Virus record (IMG/VR): IMGVR_UViG_3300042878_000903
Span: 45,969 to 109,968 of that record
Length of the DNA stretch: 64,000 bases
Origin: a virus
Strand: one strand, 5' to 3'
The translations under genes and the position numbers were made by a program. A model generated the notes under the pieces. That model did no database searches, was not told where the DNA came from, and was given only the letters and a program-made list of their open reading frames with translations. Positions 50,255 to 59,425 of the stretch are shown here, in pieces (the first letter of the stretch is position 1; the number at the start of each line of letters is the position of its first letter).

Positions 50255-52189
50255 CTAAGCTGAAATATCTACAAGTTCGCAATTACCGTCTGAACTGCAG
50301 GCTAGAGTGGCATTTGTTGAAGTTCCGTCTTCTGTTTCATAAAATGACAGATCTTCCCAGCGAATATTGCTAGGCATTTTTGCTACTAAAACATCATATT
50401 CTTCTTTTAAAATTTCTTGATATGGAGCTTGCTTATATGTATGTTCTGAGTGAGGCAGAAATGAGATGCCAGAAACTTCATCAAAGTTTTTATAAACCCA
50501 TGCCCCCACTTCCATCCATTCATCTTCTTTTACAGAAACTGTAATTGAAGGTTTATGTTCGCACCAAGCACGTTGGTATACAAGCCAAATATTTAAATGA
50601 TCAATTGCAGTTAAATCGTTTCTAACAATTGCACCCTCTGGTGCCTTTACTGGAAATGAAAATACATAAGTTTCGTTTGGCTTCATTACATCATCTTCAA
50701 CTGGAATTCCAACTTCTTTTAAAAATGTTGAAATTGGATCTCCCTTTGAACCACGAACTGTACGAACATAATATGGTGAATGCCAAGGATGCATCCCTGA
50801 AGATACCCCAACTAATTGAGACACTGTTCCAGAAGGTTTTACACATGTAATTGCTGCAGACTCAGGAATTCCAATTTTTCCAGACTCTTCTCTATTTACT
50901 TCTCTTGCCTTTTCACGTAGTGTGGTCAAGAATGCTTCTAGTGCAACTAGGTCTTCTTTACCAGACATAAACTTGTGACCAAATTGTCCAGTCAAAGAAA
51001 CTCCAAGAAGTCTTTCTTCTTCTGTATTGTCTTTCCAAATTTTTCTAAGATATTTAAAATCTGTAAGGGTCGATTGCCATGTCCCAAGAATAGTTGCTAG
51101 TTCTACCTTACGCTCAATATCTTTTTTAGTGTCGTTTTCACGCAATACAACTTCTGAAAGATTACAAAATTGATATGGACGCAAAATAATTTCAGAACAT
51201 GGGTTAGTTCCATAATGAATGTCTGGATCTCTTCGACCAAATTTTGCAGCTTGCGCTTGCGCTGCAGCTACGTTATATATACCACGCTCTCCAGACTTGG
51301 AATCGTATAATGATTTCCATTCTGCAATAAACTGTTCCATTTCTGGTTTACGAGAGTATGCTACGGAATTGTTTGACAAGGCACGTTGTGAATTTTGCTC
51401 CCACCAATTTCCAGATTTTGCCTGTGCCATTTCTATATCGTTAATGTTTGAAAGTGAAATCATTGCGGAGCGTCTAACGCCACCTACAACCACAACTTCT
51501 CCAATTTTACACATAATGTCGTGACACTCAATTGGCTTAAGGTTTCTACCAGTTGCGTTTTTAAATTTTGCAATAGTGAAATCAAAAAGATTTACTAAAG
51601 GTTGCGGTCCAGATGATCTTCCACCCATTGTCTTAAGTCTTGCTCCTGCTGGCCTAACTTTAGAAATATCTATGGCTGGAATTTGTCCAGACCAAAGTAA
51701 TGCAAGTAATTCACGATATGCCTTTGCCCATCCTTGTTTTGAATCTTCTACAGTTATTACAGTAGTAGATTTTTCCAAAGATTCTGGAACGGCAGGAAGC
51801 TTATTAATGTATTTATACTCAACGGAAAAGCCAACTCCAGTACCACACATTAAAACATACATTGTTTCATCAAAAGATCTTGGAGAATCTACTGGCAAAA
51901 AGGCGCAATTGTATCCTGCTACATTATCTCTTTCTAGTGCGGCGCCAGATGTCATTACTGCTCTCATTGATGGCATTACATTTCTTTCAAACACGAACTC
52001 TTTTAATTCCGCAACTAGCTTTTCATTTGGAATATAATTATAATTTTGCTTTAAATGATTTGTCATAAAAGAAAAATATCTATCTACTGTTTCTCCCCAT
52101 GTCTCTCTACGTGATTCTGCCTCTACCCATTTAGCATATCTAGAAAGTGCAATAAAATTTTCATAAGGATTATTAATAGTATTTTTCAT
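50255..52189 (-). CDS. nrdJ: class II (adenosylcobalamin-dependent) ribonucleotide reductase
   Basis: MPSMR, YNC, GTGVGF, GGVRRSA, TNPCSEI, CNLSEV, TCVKPSGT, C-terminal Cys pair; no beta subunit nearby. Confidence 0.92.
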   Translation of the reverse strand: MKNTINNPYENFIALSRYAKWVEAESRRETWGETVDRYFSFMTNHLKQNYNYIPNEKLVAELKEFVFERNVMPSMRAVMTSGAALERDNVAGYNCAFLPVDSPRSFDETMYVLMCGTGVGFSVEYKYINKLPAVPESLEKSTTVITVEDSKQGWAKAYRELLALLWSGQIPAIDISKVRPAGARLKTMGGRSSGPQPLVNLFDFTIAKFKNATGRNLKPIECHDIMCKIGEVVVVGGVRRSAMISLSNINDIEMAQAKSGNWWEQNSQRALSNNSVAYSRKPEMEQFIAEWKSLYDSKSGERGIYNVAAAQAQAAKFGRRDPDIHYGTNPCSEIILRPYQFCNLSEVVLRENDTKKDIERKVELATILGTWQSTLTDFKYLRKIWKDNTEEERLLGVSLTGQFGHKFMSGKEDLVALEAFLTTLREKAREVNREESGKIGIPESAAITCVKPSGTVSQLVGVSSGMHPWHSPYYVRTVRGSKGDPISTFLKEVGIPVEDDVMKPNETYVFSFPVKAPEGAIVRNDLTAIDHLNIWLVYQRAWCEHKPSITVSVKEDEWMEVGAWVYKNFDEVSGISFLPHSEHTYKQAPYQEILKEEYDVLVAKMPSNIRWEDLSFYETEDGTSTNATLACSSDGNCELVDISA

Positions 52190-52478
52190 TTGTCGCCTTT
52201 TTCTTCCGATTTACGGATTAATTATTTTGAGTGAGGTATAAGTGTATCAAACTTTTTTCTAAAAGAAAAGAAAAAATATTTTTATTGTTGTTTTTTAGTT
52301 AACTGTAATATATAATACTGTATATATAATATATTTTGATTTGTTTGATTTGCTGACCCCCCGACCCCCCTATGGAAGTATACTAAATATAGATTCTTTG
52401 TCAAGAAAAAATTATTTGACATATTCTTGCTTACAATGGTATGATTATACTTCGCTATCTCTAAAGGAGGAAATGCCA

Positions 52479-53027
52479 ATGGAGAATATAAAGAAAAGCT
52501 TAAGCGATATTGTTCATCAATATGCTGCGATTATATTAACAGTAATGTTTTTATTTTCCAACACAGTTAATGCAACAAGTGCACAAGCTTTAATAGTACA
52601 ACCAAAGACAGAAGTACAACTTAAGAAAGAAACCTTAGAGAAGTACAGCAATACTGTTTACAAGCCTTCACAAATGCTTTCAGACATTGAACTGAAAGAA
52701 CTACTGCAAGCAGTAGGCTTTGAAGGAAAAGCCCTTAAAACGGCTTGGGCCATTGCTAAGCGGGAGTCTAACGGACGACCACTAGCATATAATGGTAACA
52801 GGAATACTGGAGACAGTTCTTACGGAATTTTTCAGATCAATATGTTGGGTAAACTCGGCGTAGATCGTAAAGAAAAATTTGAATTAAAGTCAAACGAGTC
52901 ATTGTTTGACCCAACTAAAAATGCAGAGATAGCGTATTACATGACCGATGGCGGAATTGATTGGTCAGCTTGGAAGGGTTTAACCCCAAGAGCACAGGAA
53001 TTTTATTTAAAGTTCCCAAACAGTTAG
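52479..53027 (+). CDS. exported lytic transglycosylase/lysozyme-like protein
   Basis: N-terminal hydrophobic signal; AIAKRES, YGIFQIN, LFDP..NA..A, DWSAW; RBS GGAGG and TTGACA-18-TATGAT upstream. Confidence 0.8.
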   Translation: MENIKKSLSDIVHQYAAIILTVMFLFSNTVNATSAQALIVQPKTEVQLKKETLEKYSNTVYKPSQMLSDIELKELLQAVGFEGKALKTAWAIAKRESNGRPLAYNGNRNTGDSSYGIFQINMLGKLGVDRKEKFELKSNESLFDPTKNAEIAYYMTDGGIDWSAWKGLTPRAQEFYLKFPNS

Positions 53028-53039
53028 AAAGGAAGTGTA

Positions 53040-53255
53040 ATGAGGATACAGTACGTGTCTACTTACATTAAACTTTCTGAAGAGGGCCTTGTTCCTAAGC
53101 TTTTATGCCCACAGGATCAGGGCTCTCTTTTATGTAATGGAGACGGAGAGTCTCTTATATATCTATATTGCCTTGAATGTGATTATAAAAATACTATGGG
53201 CATATCCAAGTATGAAAATATAGTAGAATTAGTAGATGAACAAAAAAGAATTTAA
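53040..53255 (+). CDS. zinc-ribbon protein
   Basis: CPQD...LYCLECDY. Confidence 0.6.
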   Translation: MRIQYVSTYIKLSEEGLVPKLLCPQDQGSLLCNGDGESLIYLYCLECDYKNTMGISKYENIVELVDEQKRI

Positions 53256-53346
53256 TTTTGAGTATGACACAGTTTCCGAAACGGATGCTATGGGTAGAGA
53301 AATTTGGTGGTTAGATGCAGGAAGACCAGAAGACGGAAACAAATAA
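53236..53346 (+). CDS. microprotein
   Basis: Not in ORF track; MNKKEFNFEYDTVSETDAMGREIWWLDAGRPEDGNK. Confidence 0.5.
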   Translation: MNKKEFNFEYDTVSETDAMGREIWWLDAGRPEDGNK

Positions 53347-53539
53347 TTTAGAAGATAACCTGCCTATGGTTAACTATATAATGCTACACAGAATTTATGA
53401 TTTACTAAGTCTTATTTCAAATAAAATAGTTGGATCGGAAGATACGCAAAAAATGGTATCTTATCACGAAGCAGGGTACTTACTTGGGCCAGTTCCATCA
53501 TTTTCACCAGCAGAAGATATAGATGATATCAAGAACTAA
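53315..53539 (+). CDS. hypothetical protein
   Basis: ORF in operon. Confidence 0.6.
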   Translation: MQEDQKTETNNLEDNLPMVNYIMLHRIYDLLSLISNKIVGSEDTQKMVSYHEAGYLLGPVPSFSPAEDIDDIKN

Positions 53540-54152
53540 TGTCTGGGCCAATGACGAAGACTTTAAAAAATGTTTTAAAGAATTTATGGCTATAGGAAAT
53601 TTTGATAATTCTATAGAAGACCCAATTAATGAAAGGCTTTATGTTTTACAACAATTTGCAAAAAGACAGCAGAGGCTAAATTCTAACTTTGTCGAAATAG
53701 GTGTTTATGCTGGAATGTCTATGTATTTTATGGCAGATTATTGCAAAAAAATATTTGTAGGAATAGATTCATTTGAGGGTGTTTCGGAGCCAACCCCAGG
53801 AATAGATACTAATTATTTTGTTAAGGGTTCTCTATCCTGTGATATTTCAAATGCAAAAAATTATTTAAATAAGTTTAACAATGTTGACTTACTTAAAGGT
53901 TGGGTTCCCGATGTTTTTAGTTTACTCCCAGAACTAGAATACTCTTTGGTACACATTGACGTTGACCTTTACGCCCCTACAAAACAATCTATAGAATATT
54001 TTTGGGACAGATTGCTGCCCGACGGGGTTCTAATTTGTGACGATTTTGGCTCAAGCAAAACCGTTGGGGCAAAAAAAGCAATGGTAGATTTTTTTGGAAG
54101 AGAAAACATAATTGAATTTAGTACGCAGCAGGCTTTTGTAATTAAGCGTTGA
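53523..54152 (+). CDS. TylF/MycF-family O-methyltransferase
   Basis: FVEIGVYAGMS, DSFEG, KGW, VHIDVDLY, DDFG. Confidence 0.85.
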   Translation: MISRTNVWANDEDFKKCFKEFMAIGNFDNSIEDPINERLYVLQQFAKRQQRLNSNFVEIGVYAGMSMYFMADYCKKIFVGIDSFEGVSEPTPGIDTNYFVKGSLSCDISNAKNYLNKFNNVDLLKGWVPDVFSLLPELEYSLVHIDVDLYAPTKQSIEYFWDRLLPDGVLICDDFGSSKTVGAKKAMVDFFGRENIIEFSTQQAFVIKR

Positions 54153-54183
54153 CTTAATTCTGATAATATATTATAATTAATAT

Positions 54184-54262
54184 TCAGGTTGAGATTGTAA
54201 AATTTCCCTGATTGCATGAAGATGCACAAACCCCTTACGGATCCGCCTCTGTAGGGGGTTTG
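54184..54262 (+). ncRNA. candidate three-hairpin small RNA
   Basis: Follows TTGACT-17-TATAAT (54149-54177); stems TCAGG/CCTGA with GAGATT-GTAA-AATTTC, TGCAT-GAAG-ATGCA, AAACCCCTTACGG-loop-CTGTAGGGGGTTT. Confidence 0.5.
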
Positions 54263-54283
54263 CATGATATAATATATATTACT

Positions 54284-54427
54284 ATGGTGCACCATTTTGC
54301 TAACTTTATGAGAAGTCCACAATTCACTCATCCTCAAGTATGTAAGGATGACTGTAAGCTTAAACACGGTAATAAAAATCATCAATCAAAATTTGAAAAA
54401 TTTTTAAAAAGAATAGTGGGTAAATAA
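54284..54427 (+). CDS. microprotein
   Basis: Start moved to MVHHFANF, downstream of the hairpins and a TGATATAAT element. Confidence 0.5.
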   Translation: MVHHFANFMRSPQFTHPQVCKDDCKLKHGNKNHQSKFEKFLKRIVGK

Positions 54428-55275
54428 TGTTTTACGACAGAGAAGACTGTATAAAAGCTTCATTTTTCCCAGATGATTACGGCACACAAAGCGGAGTGTT
54501 TATATTTAAAGGATTTTATACAGACGAAGAGTGCAAGACTGTAGAAGACGAGTTAAAAGATTACGATCTGAAACAAAAATATAGAGATACTTTAATCAGC
54601 TGGTATTCTAATAAAATTAGCCCCCCACTTGCTTCCATACATCCACTTTGGGAAAAGGCAAGCGAGCTTTTGTATCCAGAGTATGTTATGCATCCTCAAG
54701 GCAACGTATTAATTATTACCCCAGAAATGAACGAGGGAATGTTTACACACTCTGATTCTCCTGGGAAAGGAGAATGTCACAGACTTTCCCAAGTAGACGT
54801 TTGGAAAACTTGTTGTGAATTAGATTTTGGCTTAGTTGCATATTTTGGAGATTTTGAAGGCGGAGAAATATTTTACGTAAACATAGACAAAGACGGAAAC
54901 AGATCTGAAGGAGTTCCCGCAGCAAATAATTTAAAAATAAAGCCAGAAAGAGGAGATCTAATAATTCACGGGGCATTTTCGCCACACGCTCACGGAGTTA
55001 ATCCAGTCACATCTGGTAGAAGATATGCTTTCTCAAACTTTGTGTTAAAGGCAGAAGATAATCCTGGATCTTTTTATAACTACAAGACTCCAGAGTACTA
55101 TGAGCAAATTAAAGATAAAGATAATCTTACGCTAGAAGAATTTACTGCCATATGGATGAAACCACTAAAAGAAAATCCTCAGTTTAGCAGAGATAGAATT
55201 CAAAAGTATCAGGCTTCTGGTCTAGAGGGTATAGAGCTATCTGATGCATATATGGGTGAATTTAAAGAACATTAA
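54427..55275 (+). CDS. 2OG-Fe(II) oxygenase
   Basis: HSD, FEGGEIFY, HGV.PV.SGRRY. Confidence 0.85.
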   Translation: MFYDREDCIKASFFPDDYGTQSGVFIFKGFYTDEECKTVEDELKDYDLKQKYRDTLISWYSNKISPPLASIHPLWEKASELLYPEYVMHPQGNVLIITPEMNEGMFTHSDSPGKGECHRLSQVDVWKTCCELDFGLVAYFGDFEGGEIFYVNIDKDGNRSEGVPAANNLKIKPERGDLIIHGAFSPHAHGVNPVTSGRRYAFSNFVLKAEDNPGSFYNYKTPEYYEQIKDKDNLTLEEFTAIWMKPLKENPQFSRDRIQKYQASGLEGIELSDAYMGEFKEH

Positions 55276-55340
55276 ATACCATATAGTGCGAAAAAAAGTG
55301 CGTCGGCGAGAAGAACACATTTTAGTCAACTGTAATATAT

Positions 55341-55356
55341 TGTTTCATGTGAAACA
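55341..55356. promoter_or_regulatory. parS-like palindrome
   Basis: TGTTTCATGTGAAACA, one mismatch to TGTTTCACGTGAAACA, intergenic. Confidence 0.65.
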
Positions 55357-55572
55357 TATTATCTAAACTACAGCAACTTCCTAGAATACCCCATATAAAG
55401 CCTCTACAGGCTCTCTAAGCCTTTACTAGGCTATTTGCCTATGTCAGGACGGGGAGGGCCAAAATAACCCTTTACGTGAATATTCTACAATTTCCCAGAA
55501 GCAAGTAGGACGAGATATAGACTCATAAGCGACAAGGATAATCTAATTAGGAATATATATACCTTAGATCTA

Positions 55573-55710
55573 TTATAAGTCATCTTCGTCATCTATATCA
55601 AAGATATCTTTTATCCCGCCCATTTTTCTAATTTGATCAGCTATGAATATGCTTGCAGAAAAGAATATCAATGTAGGTATCATCCACCTTTTAAAATATT
55701 TTCTAATCAT
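55573..55710 (-). CDS. membrane microprotein
   Basis: Not in ORF track; MIRKYFKRWMIPTLIFFSASIFIADQ...DIDDEDDL; TATAAT 6 nt upstream. Confidence 0.5.
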   Translation of the reverse strand: MIRKYFKRWMIPTLIFFSASIFIADQIRKMGGIKDIFDIDDEDDL

Positions 55711-55736
55711 AGATTAATTATACTATACATAATATT

Positions 55737-56432
55737 CTAGTCAACTGCAATAATACTAAGTCTATCTGAAAACAATTTCCAAATCTTTTCCATATGCTCA
55801 GGCTTTAATCCATCTACTGGATGTGGAGCATCTGTATGTGTCATAGATGGAGTTAACTCAGGAACTCCTAATGAATCTAATATATCTTGTTGAGTAATAA
55901 TTATCTCAAATCCAGCTTCACTTGAATACTTGTGTAATGCAGCCAAGAACTCTCTATTCTGATCTATCCTCTGCTCATGTGTGTAATATGGACTAATACC
56001 TTCATGCTTTAAAAGCATCTCAGTAAACTGAGGCAATGGCTCTATTACAACTACTTTAGAATTAGGGAAATTGTCCTTTATGTTCTGAATGAACGATTTT
56101 ACCGTATTGTCCGCATTTTTATATTTAGGTAAAAATGTTCTAGTATCAACATATCCCATCCATAAGGCCAATATGCCATCATCTTTAATGATTGAGAATG
56201 GCTGTGGCATATGATTAACAGTTCTAGCAATTTCTACTCCAGAAGACATTTCATCTTCTTCCCGCATTTGCTCAACACTAAATCCATGCATTTTTTTAGC
56301 AGCTTTAGGCCAAGGAATAAATGTCACATCGTGCTTTTCTGGATAGTAATGCTCTATTGCCCTAGATAGATGACAATCACTAATCATATAAACATTTTTC
56401 ATATTATATAAATTCCCGTCCTGCCGCAGCAT
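55737..56432 (-). CDS. SGNH/GDSL-like fold protein
   Basis: VYMISDCH (GDS-like), W.GYVD.R, C-terminal HPVD; assignment tentative. Confidence 0.45.
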   Translation of the reverse strand: MLRQDGNLYNMKNVYMISDCHLSRAIEHYYPEKHDVTFIPWPKAAKKMHGFSVEQMREEDEMSSGVEIARTVNHMPQPFSIIKDDGILALWMGYVDTRTFLPKYKNADNTVKSFIQNIKDNFPNSKVVVIEPLPQFTEMLLKHEGISPYYTHEQRIDQNREFLAALHKYSSEAGFEIIITQQDILDSLGVPELTPSMTHTDAPHPVDGLKPEHMEKIWKLFSDRLSIIAVD

Positions 56433-56955
56433 ATTGTCTTGTAAGAAAATCCTTTAATATATCATTACTCATAAAAATAATAGAAAATTTGGCTTGTAAA
56501 TTTTCAACAGAATGGTCTTTGCCTTTTTTAAACCATACAACATCTCCAGCGTTTAATATAATTTTTGTTTCAAACTGTATTGAATCTGTTGGATTATCAT
56601 AAAAAGTCCATTCTGATTTTCCCATGCATTGCCAATGTATTACATCGGATTCATCTGAATGTTTAGTTGTTCCCTCCCCATCAATCCGTCCCTCTATAAT
56701 TAAAGGTGTAGTTTTTACGCCATAGGTATTTGAGCATTCATTTATAAAATTACTTACATTTTCGTTTTCAAGAAAATATTCAGGCAACTTTTTCATTGAA
56801 GCCAGAGATTTACCATCATCACTATTATTTACATCGGGCCTCCAGCTAAATGCTTTATCAAATAAAGATGCATCTGGTGGAGTAGCATAATTTCTAAATA
56901 CTACGTAGTTATTTGTGTCAAGGATTGTACGTGCTTCTTTAGAATTTATTTTCAT
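56404..56955 (-). CDS. JmjC/cupin-type oxygenase
   Basis: HSD..DVIHWQCMGKSEW...LNAGDVVW..KG..H.V. Confidence 0.7.
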   Translation of the reverse strand: MKINSKEARTILDTNNYVVFRNYATPPDASLFDKAFSWRPDVNNSDDGKSLASMKKLPEYFLENENVSNFINECSNTYGVKTTPLIIEGRIDGEGTTKHSDESDVIHWQCMGKSEWTFYDNPTDSIQFETKIILNAGDVVWFKKGKDHSVENLQAKFSIIFMSNDILKDFLTRQYAAAGREFI

Positions 56956-57226
56956 TTATTAATTATACCAGTATATATTTTAGTTGACTGCTATTTAAGA
57001 TTTATCAAAATGTTAATAAATTTTTAATTTGTATGATACACGTATTTCAGATGTCCGTTTTGTCTATATAGTCCGCACATATATAAATGACCTTGAGCGT
57101 GAGTGTGGTGTAACTCACAAAAATAGTTTGTGAATACTAGCGAGTAACCCCCCTAAATGTCAGACCCCCCTGCTAGGATTATAGTATAAAGAAAGTAAGA
57201 AAGTCTTACTAAGAAAGGTAGTTAAA

Positions 57227-57409
57227 ATGACTACACTAATCCGAGAGATTACTCTCTCTAATGTCCGAGCCGATGAGGCTAATCTAATTGTCTGCGCTTT
57301 CTGCTCAGACTACGCAAGCGAAATGTTTTGCGGTAAATGTAAAGAATACAAGGGCTTAATGACCCTTGGTGAGTGGTTATCTTACACTCAGGAAAGTTGG
57401 GTGATGTAA
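57227..57409 (+). CDS. early zinc-binding microprotein
   Basis: CAFC...FCGKCKEYKGLM; RBS and promoter upstream. Confidence 0.7.
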   Translation: MTTLIREITLSNVRADEANLIVCAFCSDYASEMFCGKCKEYKGLMTLGEWLSYTQESWVM

Positions 57410-57558
57410 TGTTATCCGAAAAAACTTTTAATAAAATTGTTTGGGAATACCAAAATGGTGGCGTGGTTTCTAATCACCCCGAATTAACTACCTATGAGCG
57501 TAAGGTATTGCTACGCTACTTAATCTCTCTCCCTACTGTGACTAAGGTCACAGAATAG
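57409..57558 (+). CDS. early microprotein
   Basis: TAATG coupling; MLSEKTFNKIVWEYQNGG. Confidence 0.6.
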   Translation: MLSEKTFNKIVWEYQNGGVVSNHPELTTYERKVLLRYLISLPTVTKVTE

Positions 57559-57639
57559 GCGACAGCGTGTCGCTTGATAATGTCGGTTGCTAATGATAGT
57601 CTTACCTTAATAAACAAACTAACGAAAGAAGGACAGAAA

Positions 57640-57732
57640 ATGGATAAACTAAACGAGGCACTAGAGGCCTTACAACAAGCAAACAAAGTGTTTGCTGAAA
57701 TGTTCGACATAGACGAGAGCGAGGCTAACTAA
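57640..57732 (+). CDS. early acidic microprotein
   Basis: MDKLNEALEALQQANKVFAEMFDIDESEAN; RBS GAAGGA. Confidence 0.6.
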   Translation: MDKLNEALEALQQANKVFAEMFDIDESEAN

Positions 57733-57845
57733 TGTTATTTTTTGATTGGGTAGAGGATTATCCTCACATTGTTTTGCCTATCGTGTTAGGCACGATAACT
57801 ATAATTGCTATTGTCGGTGCTATTGTTAATGGAGGTAATAACTAA
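57732..57845 (+). CDS. early membrane microprotein
   Basis: Single TM helix; TAATG coupling. Confidence 0.55.
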   Translation: MLFFDWVEDYPHIVLPIVLGTITIIAIVGAIVNGGNN

Positions 57846-58006
57846 TGAAACTAACCTACTCAATTTGGCAAGGCTCTTTACAGAAGGGCACACTAACCGC
57901 TAAGAGCATTAAAGAAATTATCGCTCTAGTTAATGAATTAAACGAGGCAAACCCTCCGTTAAAATTCGAATACCTAATACACAAGATAGAGCAGGTGAAT
58001 AACTAA
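57845..58006 (+). CDS. early microprotein
   Basis: MKLTYSIWQGS...; RBS GGAGG; TAATG coupling. Confidence 0.6.
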   Translation: MKLTYSIWQGSLQKGTLTAKSIKEIIALVNELNEANPPLKFEYLIHKIEQVNN

Positions 58007-58179
58007 TGATGACTAAATGGGATACTATCCAAGCGGATATAGCAGACGCTTATGTCTATCTAGATGAAGAAGAGGCGTTAGATAAGATTAACGCTGAGGC
58101 GATTAGCGATAGCGATATCGTTAGCCTTGATGAAATAATCGAGAAAGAATTAACATTAGATTGGGAGGCATACGAATAA
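58006..58179 (+). CDS. early acidic microprotein
   Basis: MMTKWDTIQADIADAYVYLDEEE... Confidence 0.6.
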   Translation: MMTKWDTIQADIADAYVYLDEEEALDKINAEAISDSDIVSLDEIIEKELTLDWEAYE

Positions 58180-58331
58180 TGAACTTAGAATTGTTATTAG
58201 ATAGCGAATACTTTTCTCTATACATTAACGGGCTATGGCCTAATGGTGTCGGTATAGATATCCCGACATGGCTACTAGTTGGCTCTATTGGTTTTATTTA
58301 TTCTATCGCATTACTTAGGAGAGATAAATAA
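58179..58331 (+). CDS. early membrane microprotein
   Basis: MNLELLLD...IPTWLLVGSIGFIYSIALLRRDK. Confidence 0.55.
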   Translation: MNLELLLDSEYFSLYINGLWPNGVGIDIPTWLLVGSIGFIYSIALLRRDK

Positions 58332-58430
58332 ATGGCTAACCCTAGCGGATTTTATACCTGCCCTAATTGTGGCAGGTTAAATGCGGGCGCATATACTAAA
58401 TGCGTATGTGAGCAAACTCACAAAGAATAG
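58332..58430 (+). CDS. early zinc-ribbon microprotein
   Basis: MANPSGFYTCPNCGRLNAGAYTKCVC. Confidence 0.55.
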   Translation: MANPSGFYTCPNCGRLNAGAYTKCVCEQTHKE

Positions 58431-58696
58431 ACGGCGTGTCGGCTTGACAAAATCGAGCCGATCCCCCACATAGCTACGGGGTCGGGCGTGTCGTTAAGGG
58501 GGTGATATAAATCACCCTGGATTTTGTGGATAACTTTCGGGCGTGTCGTGGCGTGTCGGGCGTGTCGTCCACAGCCCTAATGTGATTAAGAACACATGAC
58601 TTGAGCGTCTCAAAATGTGGAATTACTGGCTAGTAAGTAGAGAATTGTCGGTGGCTTCCGCTATAATTGCGGTATAACGAAAGGAAGTGGCTAACA

Positions 58697-58894
58697 ATGG
58701 CTAACTTATACACAATAGAAAACCTTTTACAAGGTAAGCAATATCGCTCTAATTCTCTTAATGGAGAAATTATTAGCGGTGAAAAAACCGACCATTGGTT
58801 TGGTAATGATAAAGAAGCGTATCGTGTTTTAATTCGCACACCGCATTCTTATAAAGACCACTATCGCATAATTGCGGTTAAGGTAGGTGAATAA
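58697..58894 (+). CDS. early small protein
   Basis: Start at MANLYTIE after GAAAGGAAG RBS. Confidence 0.65.
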   Translation: MANLYTIENLLQGKQYRSNSLNGEIISGEKTDHWFGNDKEAYRVLIRTPHSYKDHYRIIAVKVGE

Positions 58895-59017
58895 ATGGGA
58901 TATGTAGAAATCTTTAGAATAAATGATGAGGGTGCTGGCTGGGTAGATTTATCCGAAGCAACACCCGCAGAAATGTTAGATTTAGAAATCGGATTATTTC
59001 AGGAAGGTGCGCTCTAG
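58895..59017 (+). CDS. early acidic microprotein
   Basis: MGYVEIFRINDEGAGWVDLSEATPAEMLDLEIGLFQEGAL. Confidence 0.6.
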   Translation: MGYVEIFRINDEGAGWVDLSEATPAEMLDLEIGLFQEGAL

Positions 59018-59093
59018 GGCGTGTCTTTCCCGAAATTGTCGGTGGCTTAGGCTATAATTTAACCAATAACAAACTACGAAAGGAAAACTATAA

Positions 59094-59225
59094 ATGGGAA
59101 ATCTAGCAGAAATAATCGGGGTCGCTTGTGATGAGTGTGGCGGTGCTGGCTTCGTATTCTTTGGTGATGAAAAGAATTATGATGTTGAAAGTTGCGATTG
59201 CGTTAAAGAAACATGGGGTTTCTAA
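59094..59225 (+). CDS. early zinc-binding microprotein
   Basis: CDECGGAG...CDC; GAAAGGA RBS. Confidence 0.65.
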   Translation: MGNLAEIIGVACDECGGAGFVFFGDEKNYDVESCDCVKETWGF

Positions 59226-59425
59226 TGTATAGACTAGATACTTACTATGACGGACAATTAGAATACACACACAAATTCGCTGACGCTTTACAAGCGTTTG
59301 AGGCTTTCGCAAAATGTTATGATGTCGGATTTGCTAACGAATTCGCAACATATAATTTATCTTTGCCAACGGGCAAAATGTATACTAAAAACTTTAATCG
59401 GATTGGATTGGTGTCGCAGAAATGA
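59225..59425 (+). CDS. early small protein
   Basis: TAATG coupling; MYRLDTYYDG. Confidence 0.6.
   Translation: MYRLDTYYDGQLEYTHKFADALQAFEAFAKCYDVGFANEFATYNLSLPTGKMYTKNFNRIGLVSQK

Noticed and set aside
572-52068. Many + strand ORFs in the track (e.g. 572-964, 3484-4032, 19415-19828, 51576-52037)
   Set aside because: Antisense shadows of well-supported minus-strand genes, with no RBS or motifs.
52380-52395. Possible NrdR box upstream of nrdJ
   Set aside because: Single degenerate match in very AT-rich DNA, about 190 bp from the start.
54184-54262. tRNA gene
   Set aside because: No acceptor stem closing the 5' and 3' ends, no TTC T-loop, no CCA; no tRNA was recognised anywhere in the window.
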